Source: Prorocentrum cordatum (lineage: Eukaryota). Taken from it: a stretch of 64,000 nucleotides of DNA. The position numbers were made by a program, and so were the translations under genes. Location: contig CAUYUJ010000003.1 in NCBI GenBank assembly GCA_963575745.1, forward strand, positions 1,178,001 to 1,242,000. Direction: 5' to 3'. Below, piece after piece: positions 38,909 through 51,030 of this stretch; position 1 is the first letter of the stretch, and each line of letters begins with the position of its first letter. The notes below the pieces were generated by a model. The model did no database searches, was not told the DNA's origin, and saw only the letters and a program-made list of their open reading frames with translations.

Positions 38909-39389
38909 CTCCTCCTCCTTCTGCTCCTCCTCCTGTTCCTCCTCCCCCTCCTCCTCCTCCTTCTTCTGCTCCTTCTCCTCCTCCTCCTCTTCCTCCTCCT
39001 CCTCCTATTATTAGTTTTAACATTATAATTACTAATATTCTTCCTCTCCCTCCTCCTCTTCCTCTTCCTGCTCCGCCTCCTCCTCCTCCTCATCCTCCTC
39101 CCCCTCTTCCTCCTCACCCTCCCCCTCGTCCTCCGTTTCCTCCTCCTCCTCCTTCTGGTCCTACTCCTGCCTCCTGCTTCAGTTCCTGCTCCTCCTCCTC
39201 CTCCTCCTCGTCATCCTCCTCCTCTTCCTCCTCCTCCTCCTCCTCGACCTCCCCATTCTCTTCCTACTGGTCGTCGATGTGCTTCAGGGTCGGCAGCATC
39301 GGCCGTCAGGCCCTTTCAAAGCTGCGTGTGATGGGCCATGATGACCCCCCACGTAGTTCCTGTAGGCCCCCGACGGCCACCATACTGCT

Positions 39390-40359
39390 CCGAATACGTA
39401 GCACCCCGCAATTGCGGATAAGAGTGAGGGGGCGGGCGCGGGCGGCGCGGGCGTCGTCGAGTCGGCGGACGCTCTCCTCCTCTTCCTCCTCTCCTCCTCC
39501 TCCTCCTCCTCCTCCTCCTCCTCCTCCTCCTCCTCCTTCTCTTCCTCGTCCTCGTCCTCGTCCTCATCGTCATCGTCATCCTCCTCCACCTCGTCCTCCT
39601 CCTCCTCTTCTTCCTCGTCCTTCCTCTCCCCCCCTCGTCCTTCCATCATCGTCCTCCCATTGTCGTCCTCCCCCTCATCGGCCGCGGGCTCTCCACCTGA
39701 AACGAATGCAAAAGATGCCCGCCGCAGGCGCCGAACAATGTGGTTTGTATCCTGAACGTGGTTTGGGTCGCGGGTTGGTCGCGGGGGTGGGTCGCGGGCT
39801 CTCCACCTGAAGGAATGCAAGAAAAAAACCGCCGCAGGCGCCGAAAATTTTGGTTTGTACCTTGAACGTGGTTTGGGTCGAAGGTGGGTCGCGGGTGGGT
39901 CGCGGGGTGGGTCGTGGGTGGGTCGCGGGGTGGGACGCGGGTGGGTCGCGGGGGTCGCGGATGGGTCGCGGGGTGGGTCGCAGGTGGGTCGCGGGGTGGT
40001 CGCGGGGGTCGCGGGTGGTGGGTCGCGGGTGGTCGCGGATGGGTCGCGGGGTGGGGCGTGGGGTGGGGCGCGGGGTGGGTCGCGGGTGGGTCGCGGGTGG
40101 GTCGCGGGTGGGTCGCGGGATGGGTCGCGGGGTGGGTCGCGGGGTGGGTCGCGGGTGGGTCGCGGGTGGGTCGCGGGTGGGTCGCGGGTGGGTCGTGGGG
40201 TGGGTCGCGGGGTGGGTCGCGGGCGGGACGCGGGGCGGGTTGCGGGTGGGACGACGACAACAAACAACAACAAACAACAACGAGAATCCGCACCGCGGAA
40301 TCCCGCTTCAGCCACGCACCCAGGGACAATGAATGACCGCTCGGCCCCCTCACTCTGAC
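39390..40359 (+). repeat. Composite repeat (unique ends, CCT tract, GGGTCGCGGGT satellite); inverted partner of 48089-49475
   Basis: 40270-40359 is a diverged reverse complement of 48089-48180, and 39396-39460 of 49410-49475. Confidence 0.85.
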
Positions 40360-41019
40360 CAAATCCTTCAAAAAATTACCCTATCGCCATGCCATCCCGA
40401 TTGGCTTCCGGGGCCTCAGCCTAGAACGCCCACAAAAGCCCCAAAAGGGGCTCAGAAAGGGCCGCGAGGACCTTTCCGATCATGCAAAAAGCGCTCCAAG
40501 GGGCGCTCTGGGAATCGACGCTCGGGGCTACAAAGAGGGGGGCTGCCCCCTAACAGCCCCCAAGAGAGCCCAAAGAACGTTGGCCACCAGCATCGTTCCA
40601 AAGAACACCCTCGTGGCTCCCACAACGCAGACTGAGCCGCAGAGACTTGCTATGGGGTCTGCACACACGGATGCCGAACTTCGACTTGATGATTGCCCCC
40701 TGCACCCTCTGTGTTCGACTGCATGTCCATACGCTTCAGATCAAGGCAACTCGCCTGGGCATCGCTTATGGATGGGCTAGTGGGGATAGGCGGCGCGAAA
40801 CATACTATCATCACCGTCACCATCACCACCAACACCACCATAATCACCATCAGCATCATCATAGCCATCATCACTCCATCGCTCTGAAAAATCCCGAAGA
40901 AGCCCCGAATGCGTAGTTCCCAACTTCAAGTGCATGTGTTTGCTCAGGGGCGTCGTAGCCAAGGGCGGGCGGGTCGCGAACACAAGGTCAGAGAAGTACA
41001 TCTAGATATGTGTGTGTGT

Positions 41020-41705
41020 GCATTGCGGATTCGATGCAGGAGAGCGTGCGCGAGACATGCGCGCAGCTGGTCAGGGTCTGGCTGTGCCCGTTTGGACATT
41101 ACCGCCCCCTCGAGGTGGCGGTGCTCCCGCTGGCTGGCAGTGCAGAAGCCACGGGCGCACCTGCGCTCAAGGCTGAGAGGGTCCGCTCGCGGTATTTGCC
41201 ACAAACGAACGGTGTACGCTTACGCCAAGCAATACCGAGTTGACAGACATCCCCATAAAACTGCATGTACGCCGCCCCTAGACAGGAGGTCCCTCGCCTG
41301 GGGCGCGATCTACATCCTGGGCGATCCTGGGTTTCCGAGATTCCAGGGGGTACCCCGCGCCTGCAGGTAGCGCATCAGCTTCAGAGTGGCGACGAGCAGG
41401 CGCGTCCAAGTCTTGCTTTGCGGCACCGCTCTCGCTGGCCCAGGGGGCGCCCCGCGGGAAAAAAAGGCGCGCCCGAAACGCGGCAGTGAGATCGCGAGCA
41501 ACGCAAGAAGTCTGACAGGGCGTGGCGAACATGCTGGCCAGCAGTTCCCTAGCGCCCTGACGAATGCAGCGCGGGGCGGCGGGGCGCGCCAGGTCGCCAC
41601 CAGGCCCCTCCTGGAGCTCACAGGTCCTTTCTGCCGCGCCACCGCGGCGGGCGGATCTCGCCGCGCCTCCCTCGCCGGCGAAGAAATCGTCGAGGCGCTG
41701 CCCCC
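41020..41705 (-). pseudogene. C5-cytosine DNA methyltransferase-like domain
   Basis: Motif I FFAGEGG (about 41685), motif IV-like ATPCQTS (about 41520), motif VI-like LGNPGS (from ENP, about 41335), C-terminal RCARGFC...HRHLEG...RAQPDP. Confidence 0.7.
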
Positions 41706-41769
41706 TCGGCGCCGCGGCTGCCGGCCTTCGGCGGGAGCTCCTCGAGGCGCGCGTCGAGCGCCTCGCGTC

Positions 41770-42450
41770 GAGCCCGTGTCGTAGCTGGGAGGTTGCGCCA
41801 TGCCTCGCACAGACGCGCGGCCTTCTCGTGCTGGACGACGGGCCGGCGAGTCGCCCATCGCCCCCTTGTCCTGGCATCTCCCAGCGGCCTGGGTCCCAGG
41901 GCTCGATCGACGCGGGGGCCGCTGCGCCTCGTCGCGCCGGGGGCTGCCGGCACTCCGAGGCGCGCGCGGCTTTCCTTGGACTGCTTCGCGAGCTCGGGGC
42001 AGGCGAACGCCCGGACGGGCCCCCCTCCACGGCGCCCGCCGCCAGCGCCGCCCAGAGCGGCCCCCTCCAAACCTTCCCCCGGCAGTCGAGGATCACGCCG
42101 TCTTCCATCGAGCCCGTCTTGGCGGCGACGCCGCGGATCTGAAGGCAGACCACCAGGGCCAGGCCGCCAGCGACCAGTAGCACGACGCCTGTATCAGGGG
42201 TGGCCCCAGGTCCTCGAGCTGCATCTACATCAACTCGCGCGGCCGGAAACAGGCCCCCACTCCCGGCCGGACAGCGACCGCCATCAGCTCGTGCCCGCGC
42301 AAGCAGAGGTCGGCCGATGCCTCCCGCGCCGTCTGCGCCAGGGCCTCCGCGACCTGGCCAGAACCAGACGGCGCCATCCACTCAAGCACCGCCAGGACTG
42401 CGCAACGCGGCGTTTCCCAGCCGCGCCACAAGCTGGGCATCGGCCCGCAA
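41770..42450 (-). pseudogene. Tyrosine recombinase domain of the DIRS-like element
   Basis: FRPREL (Arg box I), KTGSMEDGVILD, TRRSG (from RHSG), RGRW, QHEKAARL (from YEK). Confidence 0.75.
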
Positions 42451-45009
42451 AAGCCGCCGGCGCCCCCCCCCCCGCGCCACGGCGGGCGACCAAAGGAAAC
42501 TCACGTTCAAGAGTGTCGCGAGCCAATCGCCGCGTCGCCGTCGTCGCCCACGAGCGCTGGGTCGAGCCCATTAAGTGGCGAGCTCCTCGAAGTCCCGGAG
42601 GTGGGCCGAGCAGTGGCGGCGCGCGCTCTCGGCGCGGATTTGGCCTCGAGCAGGCCGAGGCCCTCCTTCTTCAGAACCCAGCGCGGCGCCTAGGTACTTG
42701 CTCAGTGCCGGCGCGACCTCCTCGCCAGCCCCTGGGCCCCGCCGCCAACCCTGCCGGGCCCGGGCGCGGGCGGGGAGCCCCCGCTCCACCTGCCCCCCGC
42801 CGCCGCCGCTCCGTGCCTCGGCTGCGGCCCCTCGGCCAGGGCCTCGACGGCCCGCTCCTGCGCCGGGGCCACCGGGGCACGCCGCCGGCCGCCGCCCCGA
42901 CCAGCGCCCGGCGCCGACGCGGGGCCTTGCGAGGGCCCGCGGCGAGGGGCGGGCCTGGGCCAAGATGGGCGCGGAAGAGCGAGGCGAGGGCAACAGGCAG
43001 TCGGCCTCTCGCGGCCAGGGGAACTGCGGTACTTTGGGGCCTACGGACTCCTGGGCCCGCCCGCAGAATCCAATCCGCAAGGGGGGGCAAAGGCTAGAGC
43101 GACGCCCGTGTCATCGCTCAGCACCAGGGCCCTGGAATGACGCCCGGGCTGGTTCAGAGCAAGACGGCGAGCCCCCAGTCCCAACGCGCGAGCCTCATCG
43201 AGACATTGCAAAGGAATTCCCAGGCGCCCCGCAGGGGGGGCCCAACTGTTTTCCTCGAGACGCACCGCTGGGGCCTCGGGGCAACTGGGCGCCGCCGCGA
43301 AACCAAGCACTCCATCGCCGCGAGCTTTATCCTCGCGGCGCAGTCATTGGGCTCTTGGGGGCCAATCGCCAGCCCGAGCGCCCCCGATAAATCCGGCGGC
43401 GCCCAGGGCCGCTTCGCGAGCCAGGCGCCTCTCAAACTGAAGCCTGCCCCTCTTGAGAGCACCGCCGACGGAACCGACTTGAGGGCGCGCTCAGAAGGGC
43501 GCGCGCGCGTCGTGCCCGCGCCCGCTTTACGCGGGGGCCAACCGCCCCGGCATTCCTATGGGCCAGCCACGACATGTTTTTAGAGCCCATGCATGTTCTG
43601 TTCTAAGGACAAAAGCACGGTTCTTATGACATGACCCCGATGCGTAAAAACAAGACCGTCTCAGCCATATCTGTTGTAAGAACATTGCGTGCAGACCGCG
43701 CGAAGTTATTCGAGCTTTCTCTGGTGGGCCTATAGGCGAGCTAGGACGCTTCGCCACTGCTTGATCACTGGCATCGCTCTGCGTGACCAGCTCGCCCTGC
43801 GCCCGACTTCAATCCAGACCGGGAAAAATCGTCGCCCCCCACCCCCCCAGGCGCGGGCCTCTTCGCGCGCGGGGGCCAAGAAAATGACGACACTAGCGCG
43901 GCGTGTTTGGCAGAGGCGATAGCACGCGCGAGCCGCGGACAAGACGCCCCGCTGGATAAGACGCACGCGCGCGGCGCGCCCCAGCCAGAACTCGAGGGCC
44001 CAGCCCGGGCACTTCCAGCGGCGGGGGAATTCATCCCTGGCAGCCCAGATCTTCCAGAATCGATCGGGCGCGGTGGCCGCCCCGGGCCGGCGGCCATCGA
44101 GCCTGCAACTGGGGGCGCGGATGTCTTCGCCGCGCGCCTCGCCCGTGGAGCTCTGGCCGCGCCGCCCGAAGACGGCCCCGCGCTCGCGGACGGCGTGCCC
44201 CGCCGAGCCTTCGCGCTGCGAGATGGCCCCGAGGTTGTCGACGGACGCCGCCCCTCGCCGAGCACCAGGCGGGGCCAGGCCATGGGGGGGCCCCGGCGCG
44301 CGCGGGACCGGCGCGCTTCCGGGCGAAGAACAGCGACCACGCAAAGCCCGTGCCCATGACGTCCGAAGTGGGCCGCGCCGAGCTGGCGGGCCCGAGCTGG
44401 GCGCAGCCGGGCCCGGCGAGGCCCGGCGCCCACGCGGGGGCCTCGGGCCGGGAGAAATAAGGGCGGATCCAGGCAGGGGCCTTCAGCCTGCGGGGGGCAG
44501 GCCTTCACGTCTGCCATCCCCAGGAAGAGGCCGAGCTTGTCCGAGAGCGCCGCCTCGCGGCCGTTGGACTCGATGCTGACGGGGGCCTCCGAGGTGCACA
44601 GCGCGGCCCCCAGCGGCGCCTGGAACCAACAGTGGCCGCGGCTGGCGTCGATGATCGGCCCGAGCTTGGTCTCCTTGCTCTTCCACGCGAAGGCGATCCC
44701 GATCGTCTCGTGCGGCTGCGGGGCGGCGTCGAGCGCGCCGAGTTACCGCTGCCGCTTCGCGGGGGCATGTTTTTTTTTTAAAAAAAAAAAATAAAAAAAA
44801 AATAATAAAAAAAGGGGCCGACCGCCCTGGCAGTCCTATGGGGCATGCCGACCGCCCTGGCAGTCCTCGATCAGGGGCCGACCGCCCTGGCAGTCCTATG
44901 GGCATGCCGCGACGTGCTCTTGGAACCCAGACGTGTTCTAATAACAGACACATCGCGTTCAAGCAATAGACTCAGCCAGCAACATTATAAGAACCATTCG
45001 TGCAAACCA

Positions 45010-45076
<67 letters not shown>

Positions 45077-47786
45077 GTCGAACATTCTTTGGTGGGCCCA
45101 TAGGCGAGCCGGGACGTTTCGCCACTGCTCGAGGCCCAGCAGCGACTCGATCGGGGGGGGGGCTCGACGCGTCGCTCGGCAAGGGCGCCAGGCCGAAGGC
45201 AGCGCGGTTCGCGGGGCCGGCGTCCAACGCGCAGAAGGGGTCGGCCGCGCGGGAGGTCGCGCAGGGCCTCCCGCCCAGAAAGGGCCTCCACGCGGGCCAA
45301 CGCCTCGGGCACCGAAACAGTCCGCGGTCGACCGTTTCCCCCATCGTCGCGTTGCGACGCTTAGCCTGCGCCCGAGACTTCTACGCCGAGCAAATCGAAA
45401 TGGCGGGGCCAGGCGGCGCGACAGGCGCAAGCAAGGGGCAGATCTCCCTCGTCGGCCAGCCACCTGGGGGCGCGCCCCCAGCGCTCCCCAAGGCGTCGCC
45501 GACGATGAAGCGAGATCCCTCGGCGGCGCTGCCGTTCGTGGCGACAGGGCGGCGGCGGGCGCGAGCCCCGGCCGCCGCCGTCGCGCCCGCCGCCGCCGCG
45601 TCCTCCCCCGCGCCCTCCTCCGCCACCGGTGCCAGCCGCGGCGTCGCCAGTCTCGCCCGCGCCCGCTCCCGCGGTCGCCGCGCCGCGGGGGGCGCGACCT
45701 GCGCTTCCTCGGCTGAGGGCGGCGATCACCTCGGCGCAATCCCTGGCACGCCGCGCCGCGAAGGACTGCAGCGCCAGGCTGGAGGGGTCGTTGGGGACCC
45801 TGGCGCCCAAGTAGAGGCGGGCGTGCTCCCGGATCACCTTCTGAGGGTTCTGGCAGGCGCCGATAATCGTCTGGATGCGTCGGCCAAGGGTCGCGCGGCA
45901 CTTCCATCTCGCGGTAGGCCCGATCTGACCCGCCCATCAGCCACATCTGAGGCCGCCGCCGAAGGTCACCTCCGCACCTATCTAAGTGCTTGGCCAAGTA
46001 GAGGGTCGTGCCAGGGCCCTCAAGCGGCGTTGCTGGGAACGCCTCCTGCGTGCTCTCGAGGGTGGCGCCCCGTCGCGACTGGCACCTGAATTCTCCCTGG
46101 TTGTCGCAGTCGACCCACGGCGTGCGGATGTCAGCGGCGTGCTCCTTCCCCTTCTTGGCGGCCGCGCCTTCGCCCTCCAGCCCCCGAGCGTCGCGGAACG
46201 ATCTGGCGGTGGGGCCAAGGCGGGCCTGGCGGTCCCTCGAGTCGGCCGTCGTCGCCTCGGGCTCCTCGGCAGGGGGCGGCGTCGCGGCGCCGCCCGCGGC
46301 GTCGTCCGCAGGCGGGCTCGAGCCCCCGCGCTTCTTCGCCACCAAATCGGGGACGGCCTCGGGACGCACGAGCTAGCAATTCTGGTAACAGCAGCATGTC
46401 ATGGGCGCCCGCGCGAACGCGGCGTCGGTCTCTTGGGTCGACGCCGTCGCCGGGGACGACCGTGTCGTCGCAGCCCATCGCGACCCACCGCTGACCACCC
46501 AGCGGGGCGTCCCCTTGCCGTCAGGGCGCCGATCTCGTGGTCCGTCAAGGGCCGGCCCTGGCGGGGCCGGCAACAAAAAAATGCACCCGTCGCGGAGTCG
46601 CCCCCCGCCCTCTTGCCACGCAAGCTCCTCTGGGTGCCTGGCCAACCGGGGACAAAGTTGGAGACCGCCACCACCTCCCCCGTCGGCAGCATCACGTCCG
46701 CGATCCGAAAGGGCGCCCTCGGCGTACTGCGTGGCCGCACGGTACCCCCGCTTCAGCATCTCCGCGAACACGCTTCGGAGAGTAGTCCTGGAACCGGTAC
46801 AACTTCCGTTCGAGTCAGGGCGGTTTCGTCCCGTCGTCGCGCAGAAGGTTCGTCATGACGATGCCGAGGATATTCGCCGAGGTCGGGAAACCCGATGAAC
46901 CAGACCGTGTGGTCGGCGGCGCAAGGGTGAATCAGCAGCCGTTCGTGGTCAACGTCGTCGCGGCGGTACTTCATCCCAATCGTTTGGCCGGGGACCAGCC
47001 TATTCCACCACTCGTCGCACGCCTCGAACATCAGCACGGGCATTGGGAGGGCGACCCGTCGTGGTCGTCGCCGCGCGCCTGGCACGCGGCCTGCGCGCCC
47101 GCTCGACCACCCAGCCTGCTGCTCGCCAGTGCCCGCCCGCCACCAGGTGCGAGGCCACCTGCAGAGGCCCAGTCCTGCCCCGAAGTCGAAGGACAGCCTG
47201 GGCAGGTGGGCCACGCAGGGAAGGCTGCGTGCCTCCAGGCAGCCGGGGCACCGCCAGGCCTGTGGCACCGCGCGCACCGCCGCGGGGGCCAGAGGCTCGG
47301 GGCGCTGGGCGCTGGGCGGGGCGGCCTCGAACAGCTCCCGACCGTACTGGCCACCAGCCGCCGCGAGGGCCCACAGCGCCAGTGGGGCCGCACGCGGCAC
47401 CGGCGCGCCCGCGGGGCAGGGGAGCGCGGCCCGCACCCGCTTCCCGAGCAGCAGACTCGAGAAAGAGAAGCGGTTGCGGATGGACCCTTTCTGAAGTCGC
47501 GTCGTTTAACACGAACTTCTAGACAGCTCTGTGCACGCACCCCCTGTGTGCACGCACCCCCTGTACTGTGGCCCCTGGGGGCCCAGATATGTCCATATCC
47601 ACTGCCTGTCGAGGTCTCCGAATCGATCCTCCAGGCGGTGGCTATGTATAAATCCCCGCCTCAGAGAAGGCTCGAAGACTCAAGGCGGGGCGACTGCGCC
47701 CCCGCGGGCACGCAGCCGGCGTCGCGGGCGCGGCCCGGCACACCCCCGCACTTCGGGGGCGACGGTGAGGGACGAAGAGCCCAAAT

Positions 47787-48018
47787 AGAGGCATCCTGAA
47801 GGGGTCGGAACAGATGGGGTCGGAAGATCGCGCTGCATCGCCAATACATCGGCGATGCATCGGCGATGCATCGGCGATGCACCGGCGATGCATCGTCGAC
47901 GTTGGCGACGTCGACGTGAAGCAAAACGGGCTCCACATTCAGCCGCGTCACCGATGCATCGGCGATGCGGCGCGATCCTCCAACCCTATCTACTCCGACA
48001 CCATCTAGGAGGCCTCGA
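47787..48018. mobile_element. MITE-like element, copy 2
   Basis: Same TIR family and (GATGCATCGGC)n core. Confidence 0.7.
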
Positions 48019-48088
48019 CAAGGGGAGAGGAAGACTGGATGGGGCCCAATCACACAAAGAAATAGCGGCAAATCCTAGGATCCCCCAT

Positions 48089-48820
48089 GTCAGAGTGAAG
48101 GGGCTGAACCGAACGGTCATTCACTATCCCTGGGTGCTTGGCTGAAGTGGAACTCCGCGATGAGGATTATTGTTGTTGTTGTTGTGGTTGTTGTTGTTGT
48201 TTGATTGTTTGATTGTTTGATTGTTTGTTTGTTTGTTTGTTTGTTTGTTTGTTTGCTTGTTGTTGTCATCGTCCCACCCGCGACCCGCCCCGCGACCCGC
48301 CCGCGACCCACCCCGCGACCCACCCGCGAGCCACCCACGACCCACCACGACCCACCCGCGACCCACCCGCGACCCACCCCGCGACCCACCCAAAATTTTC
48401 GGCGCCTGCGGCGGGTTTCTTTTTCGTTCGTTCCAAGTGGAGAATCTGCGACCCACCCGCGACCCAAACCGCGCCCGCGACCCACCCGCGACCCACCGCG
48501 ACCCACCCGCGACCCACCCGCGACCCACCCCGCGACCCACCCAAATTTTTCGGCGCCTGCGGCGGGCTTCTTTTGCATTCGTTCCAGGAGGAGAATTTGC
48601 GACCCACCCGCGACCCAAACCACGTTCAGTGCACAAATCAAAATGTTCGGCGCCTGCGGCGGGCTGTTTTTGAAATCCTTCCAGGTGGAGGTGGAGAGCT
48701 CGCGACCCACCCGCGACCCGAACTACGATCACTGAACAAGCCCGCGACCCACCCCCAGGGCGCGCGCGCGCGCTCCGCGGAGGAGGGAGGAGGAGCAGGG
48801 AGAGGAGCAGGAGGAGGAAA

Positions 48821-48864
<44 letters not shown>

Positions 48865-49136
48865 TACGAGGACGAAGAGGAGGCCGACGACGAGGGCGAG
48901 GAGGAAAAGGAGGGGGGGACGGAGGGTGACGACGAGAAAGGACGGAGGAGGAGGGGAAGGAGGAGGACGACGACGACGGAAAAGATGAGGGGGAGGATCG
49001 GGATGGGGGAGGACGAGGAGGAGGCGGAGGAGGAGGCGGAGGAGGAGGAAGACGAGGAGGAGGAGGAGGAGGAGGAGGAGGAGGAGGAGGAGGAGGAAAG
49101 AGGAGGAGGAGGAGGAGGCGGAGGAGGCGGACGACG

Positions 49137-49205
<69 letters not shown>

Positions 49206-49217
49206 TACGACGACGAC

Positions 49218-49258
<41 letters not shown>

Positions 49259-49475
49259 TGAGGACGACGAGGACGATGACGCAGACGAGGAGGAGGAGGA
49301 GGAGGAGGAGGAGGAGGAGGAGGAACAGGAGCAGGAGCAGGAGGAGCAGGAGGAGGAAGAGGGCGCCATCGACAGTCGACAGGGAAGGGGAGGGCCACGA
49401 GGTCGGCCGGCTCGACGCCCGCGTCGCCCGCGCCCGCCCCTTCACTCTTATCCGCCATTGCGGGGTGCTACGTAT
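48089..49475 (-). repeat. Inverted copy of the 39390-40359 composite repeat
   Basis: ACCCGCGACCC satellite, AGG/ACG tracts and matching unique ends. Confidence 0.85.
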
Positions 49476-49934
49476 TTTCTGATAGTCCCACCAGCCCTCT
49501 GGGCGCTGGTGGTTTAAGGCGTTTCCTCTTCCACCCCTCCCTCTTCCCCTTCGGGGAAAAGGTTTACCCCTCCCCCTTTACCCCCTCCCCGTGGACCTGG
49601 GCGGGAAGGGCGGGGAGGTGTCAGGGCGTCCAAAACGGCCTCGGCAAGGAAACCACAATCATTGATTGTACGATGGTTTTGCCCCTATTTTGGCCTCCTG
49701 AAAGGGGCAGCCCTATTTGAAGCTCCCCTCTTCTTTGATCGATGTCCTCCAAGACGGCCCCAAAAAGCGCCCAGAAGGCCCCAAAAGGCCCCAAAATGGC
49801 CCCAAGAGGCCCCAAGAGGCCCCCAGGAGGCCCCCAAGAGGATCCCAAGCGGCCCATAGAGGCCCCCCCGAGGCACCCAAGACGCCGAAAATCCCCTCAT
49901 GACGACCCTCTACTCGCCTGGGTTTCGTTTCTGG

Positions 49935-51030
49935 ATGGGTTGGTGGAAATATTTTTGTTCGCGACCGCTGGCGACAGCACCGACGGCGAGTAGGGTCCGA
50001 GCGGGCCGCGCACGGGCCGAATTGCCTAACGCCGACGGGCCGGCGGCCTAAGCAGCACCTGGGCGGGCAGGCCAACGTGAGGGGGGTGGGCTGCAGCTGC
50101 CAGGAACCAGGCCCAGGAGCACACGCATGCACGACGAACCAGCCATGGCTGGAGCGCAGCCAAAATGGCGCGGGGGTGGTACCAGGATGTGGCCAGGAAA
50201 ACCACCACTGGAAACGCTGCACCAGCTGAACCAGGAAGAACTCAGTGGCCACGGAACTTATGCGTGGGGTGGCGCCACCAAAATCGCACACCGAGACTCA
50301 TGAAAGGAGTACTGATCCGAACACCTGCCGACAACCGCTCACACTGGTGGGGGCACTTTTTTGTAGCCAGCCGCAAGCGAGCGCGCCGACGGCGTGCAAG
50401 GTCCGAGCGGGCCGCGCGAGGGCCTAAATTACCTAGCAAAGCAGGGAGAGCCTACCGCCGAACCTCAGCCCAGGACCAGGAAGTAGCCGAGGGGGGGGGG
50501 CTGTGGGCTACTGGTGGGGATACTTTTTGGTCGCGGCTGCGAGACAAGGGTCAGGCGGCGAAAAAAAAGTCTGGGGCGCGAGCGAAGCTAATTAGCTACA
50601 ACAGGCACAGGCCGGCCCGGCCCACTCACAAAGCAGCCGCGGCTGGTGGGGATATTTTTTTTGGTCGCGGCCGCGAGACAAGCATCAGGCGGCAAAGGCA
50701 ACGTCCGGGCCACGGGCGTGGCTAATTGCTAAAGCAGAGGCGCCGGCCGGCCCCCTCAGACGGCAGCTGCAGGCTGGGTGACGCTGAACTGGCTGGCGTA
50801 CTGCAAGCTCGGGCACGTGCACTGGACAAAATGACCAGAATTCGAACGGCCAACGCAGGACTCGCGCGTTGGTGGGGATACTTTTTTGGTCGGCGGCCGC
50901 GCGACTACGGTCTGGCGGCGACAGGCGTGTCCGGGACGGCGGTACAGGCTAATTGCAAACAAGAGGTGCGATGGTGGGGATATTTTTTTTTTATTTGCGG
51001 CCCGCAAGGAAAAGTCCGGAGGGCGGAATG
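49935..51030 (+). repeat. Degenerate tandem array with recurring TGGTGGGGATA(C/T)TTTTTTGGTCGCGGC motif
   Basis: Motif near 49941, 50345, 50512, 50644, 50870 and 50972. Confidence 0.75.

Larger units (their letters stand above)
40950..47570 (-). mobile_element. Decayed DIRS-like tyrosine-recombinase retrotransposon (gag, RT/RNase H, YR, C5-MTase-like)
   Basis: Gag-like DDVDHERLLI and PLEGPGTTLYLAKHLDRCGGD; RT IGIAFAWKSKETKLGPIIDAS, MADVKAC, SVDNL; RNase H VLSDDTGVALAF; YR and MTase motifs downstream. Heavily frameshifted. Confidence 0.8.

Noticed and set aside
49380..49458. MADKSEGAGAGDAG as a possible first exon of the KPR gene
   Set aside because: It is the end of the composite repeat whose inverted copy is at 39396-39470
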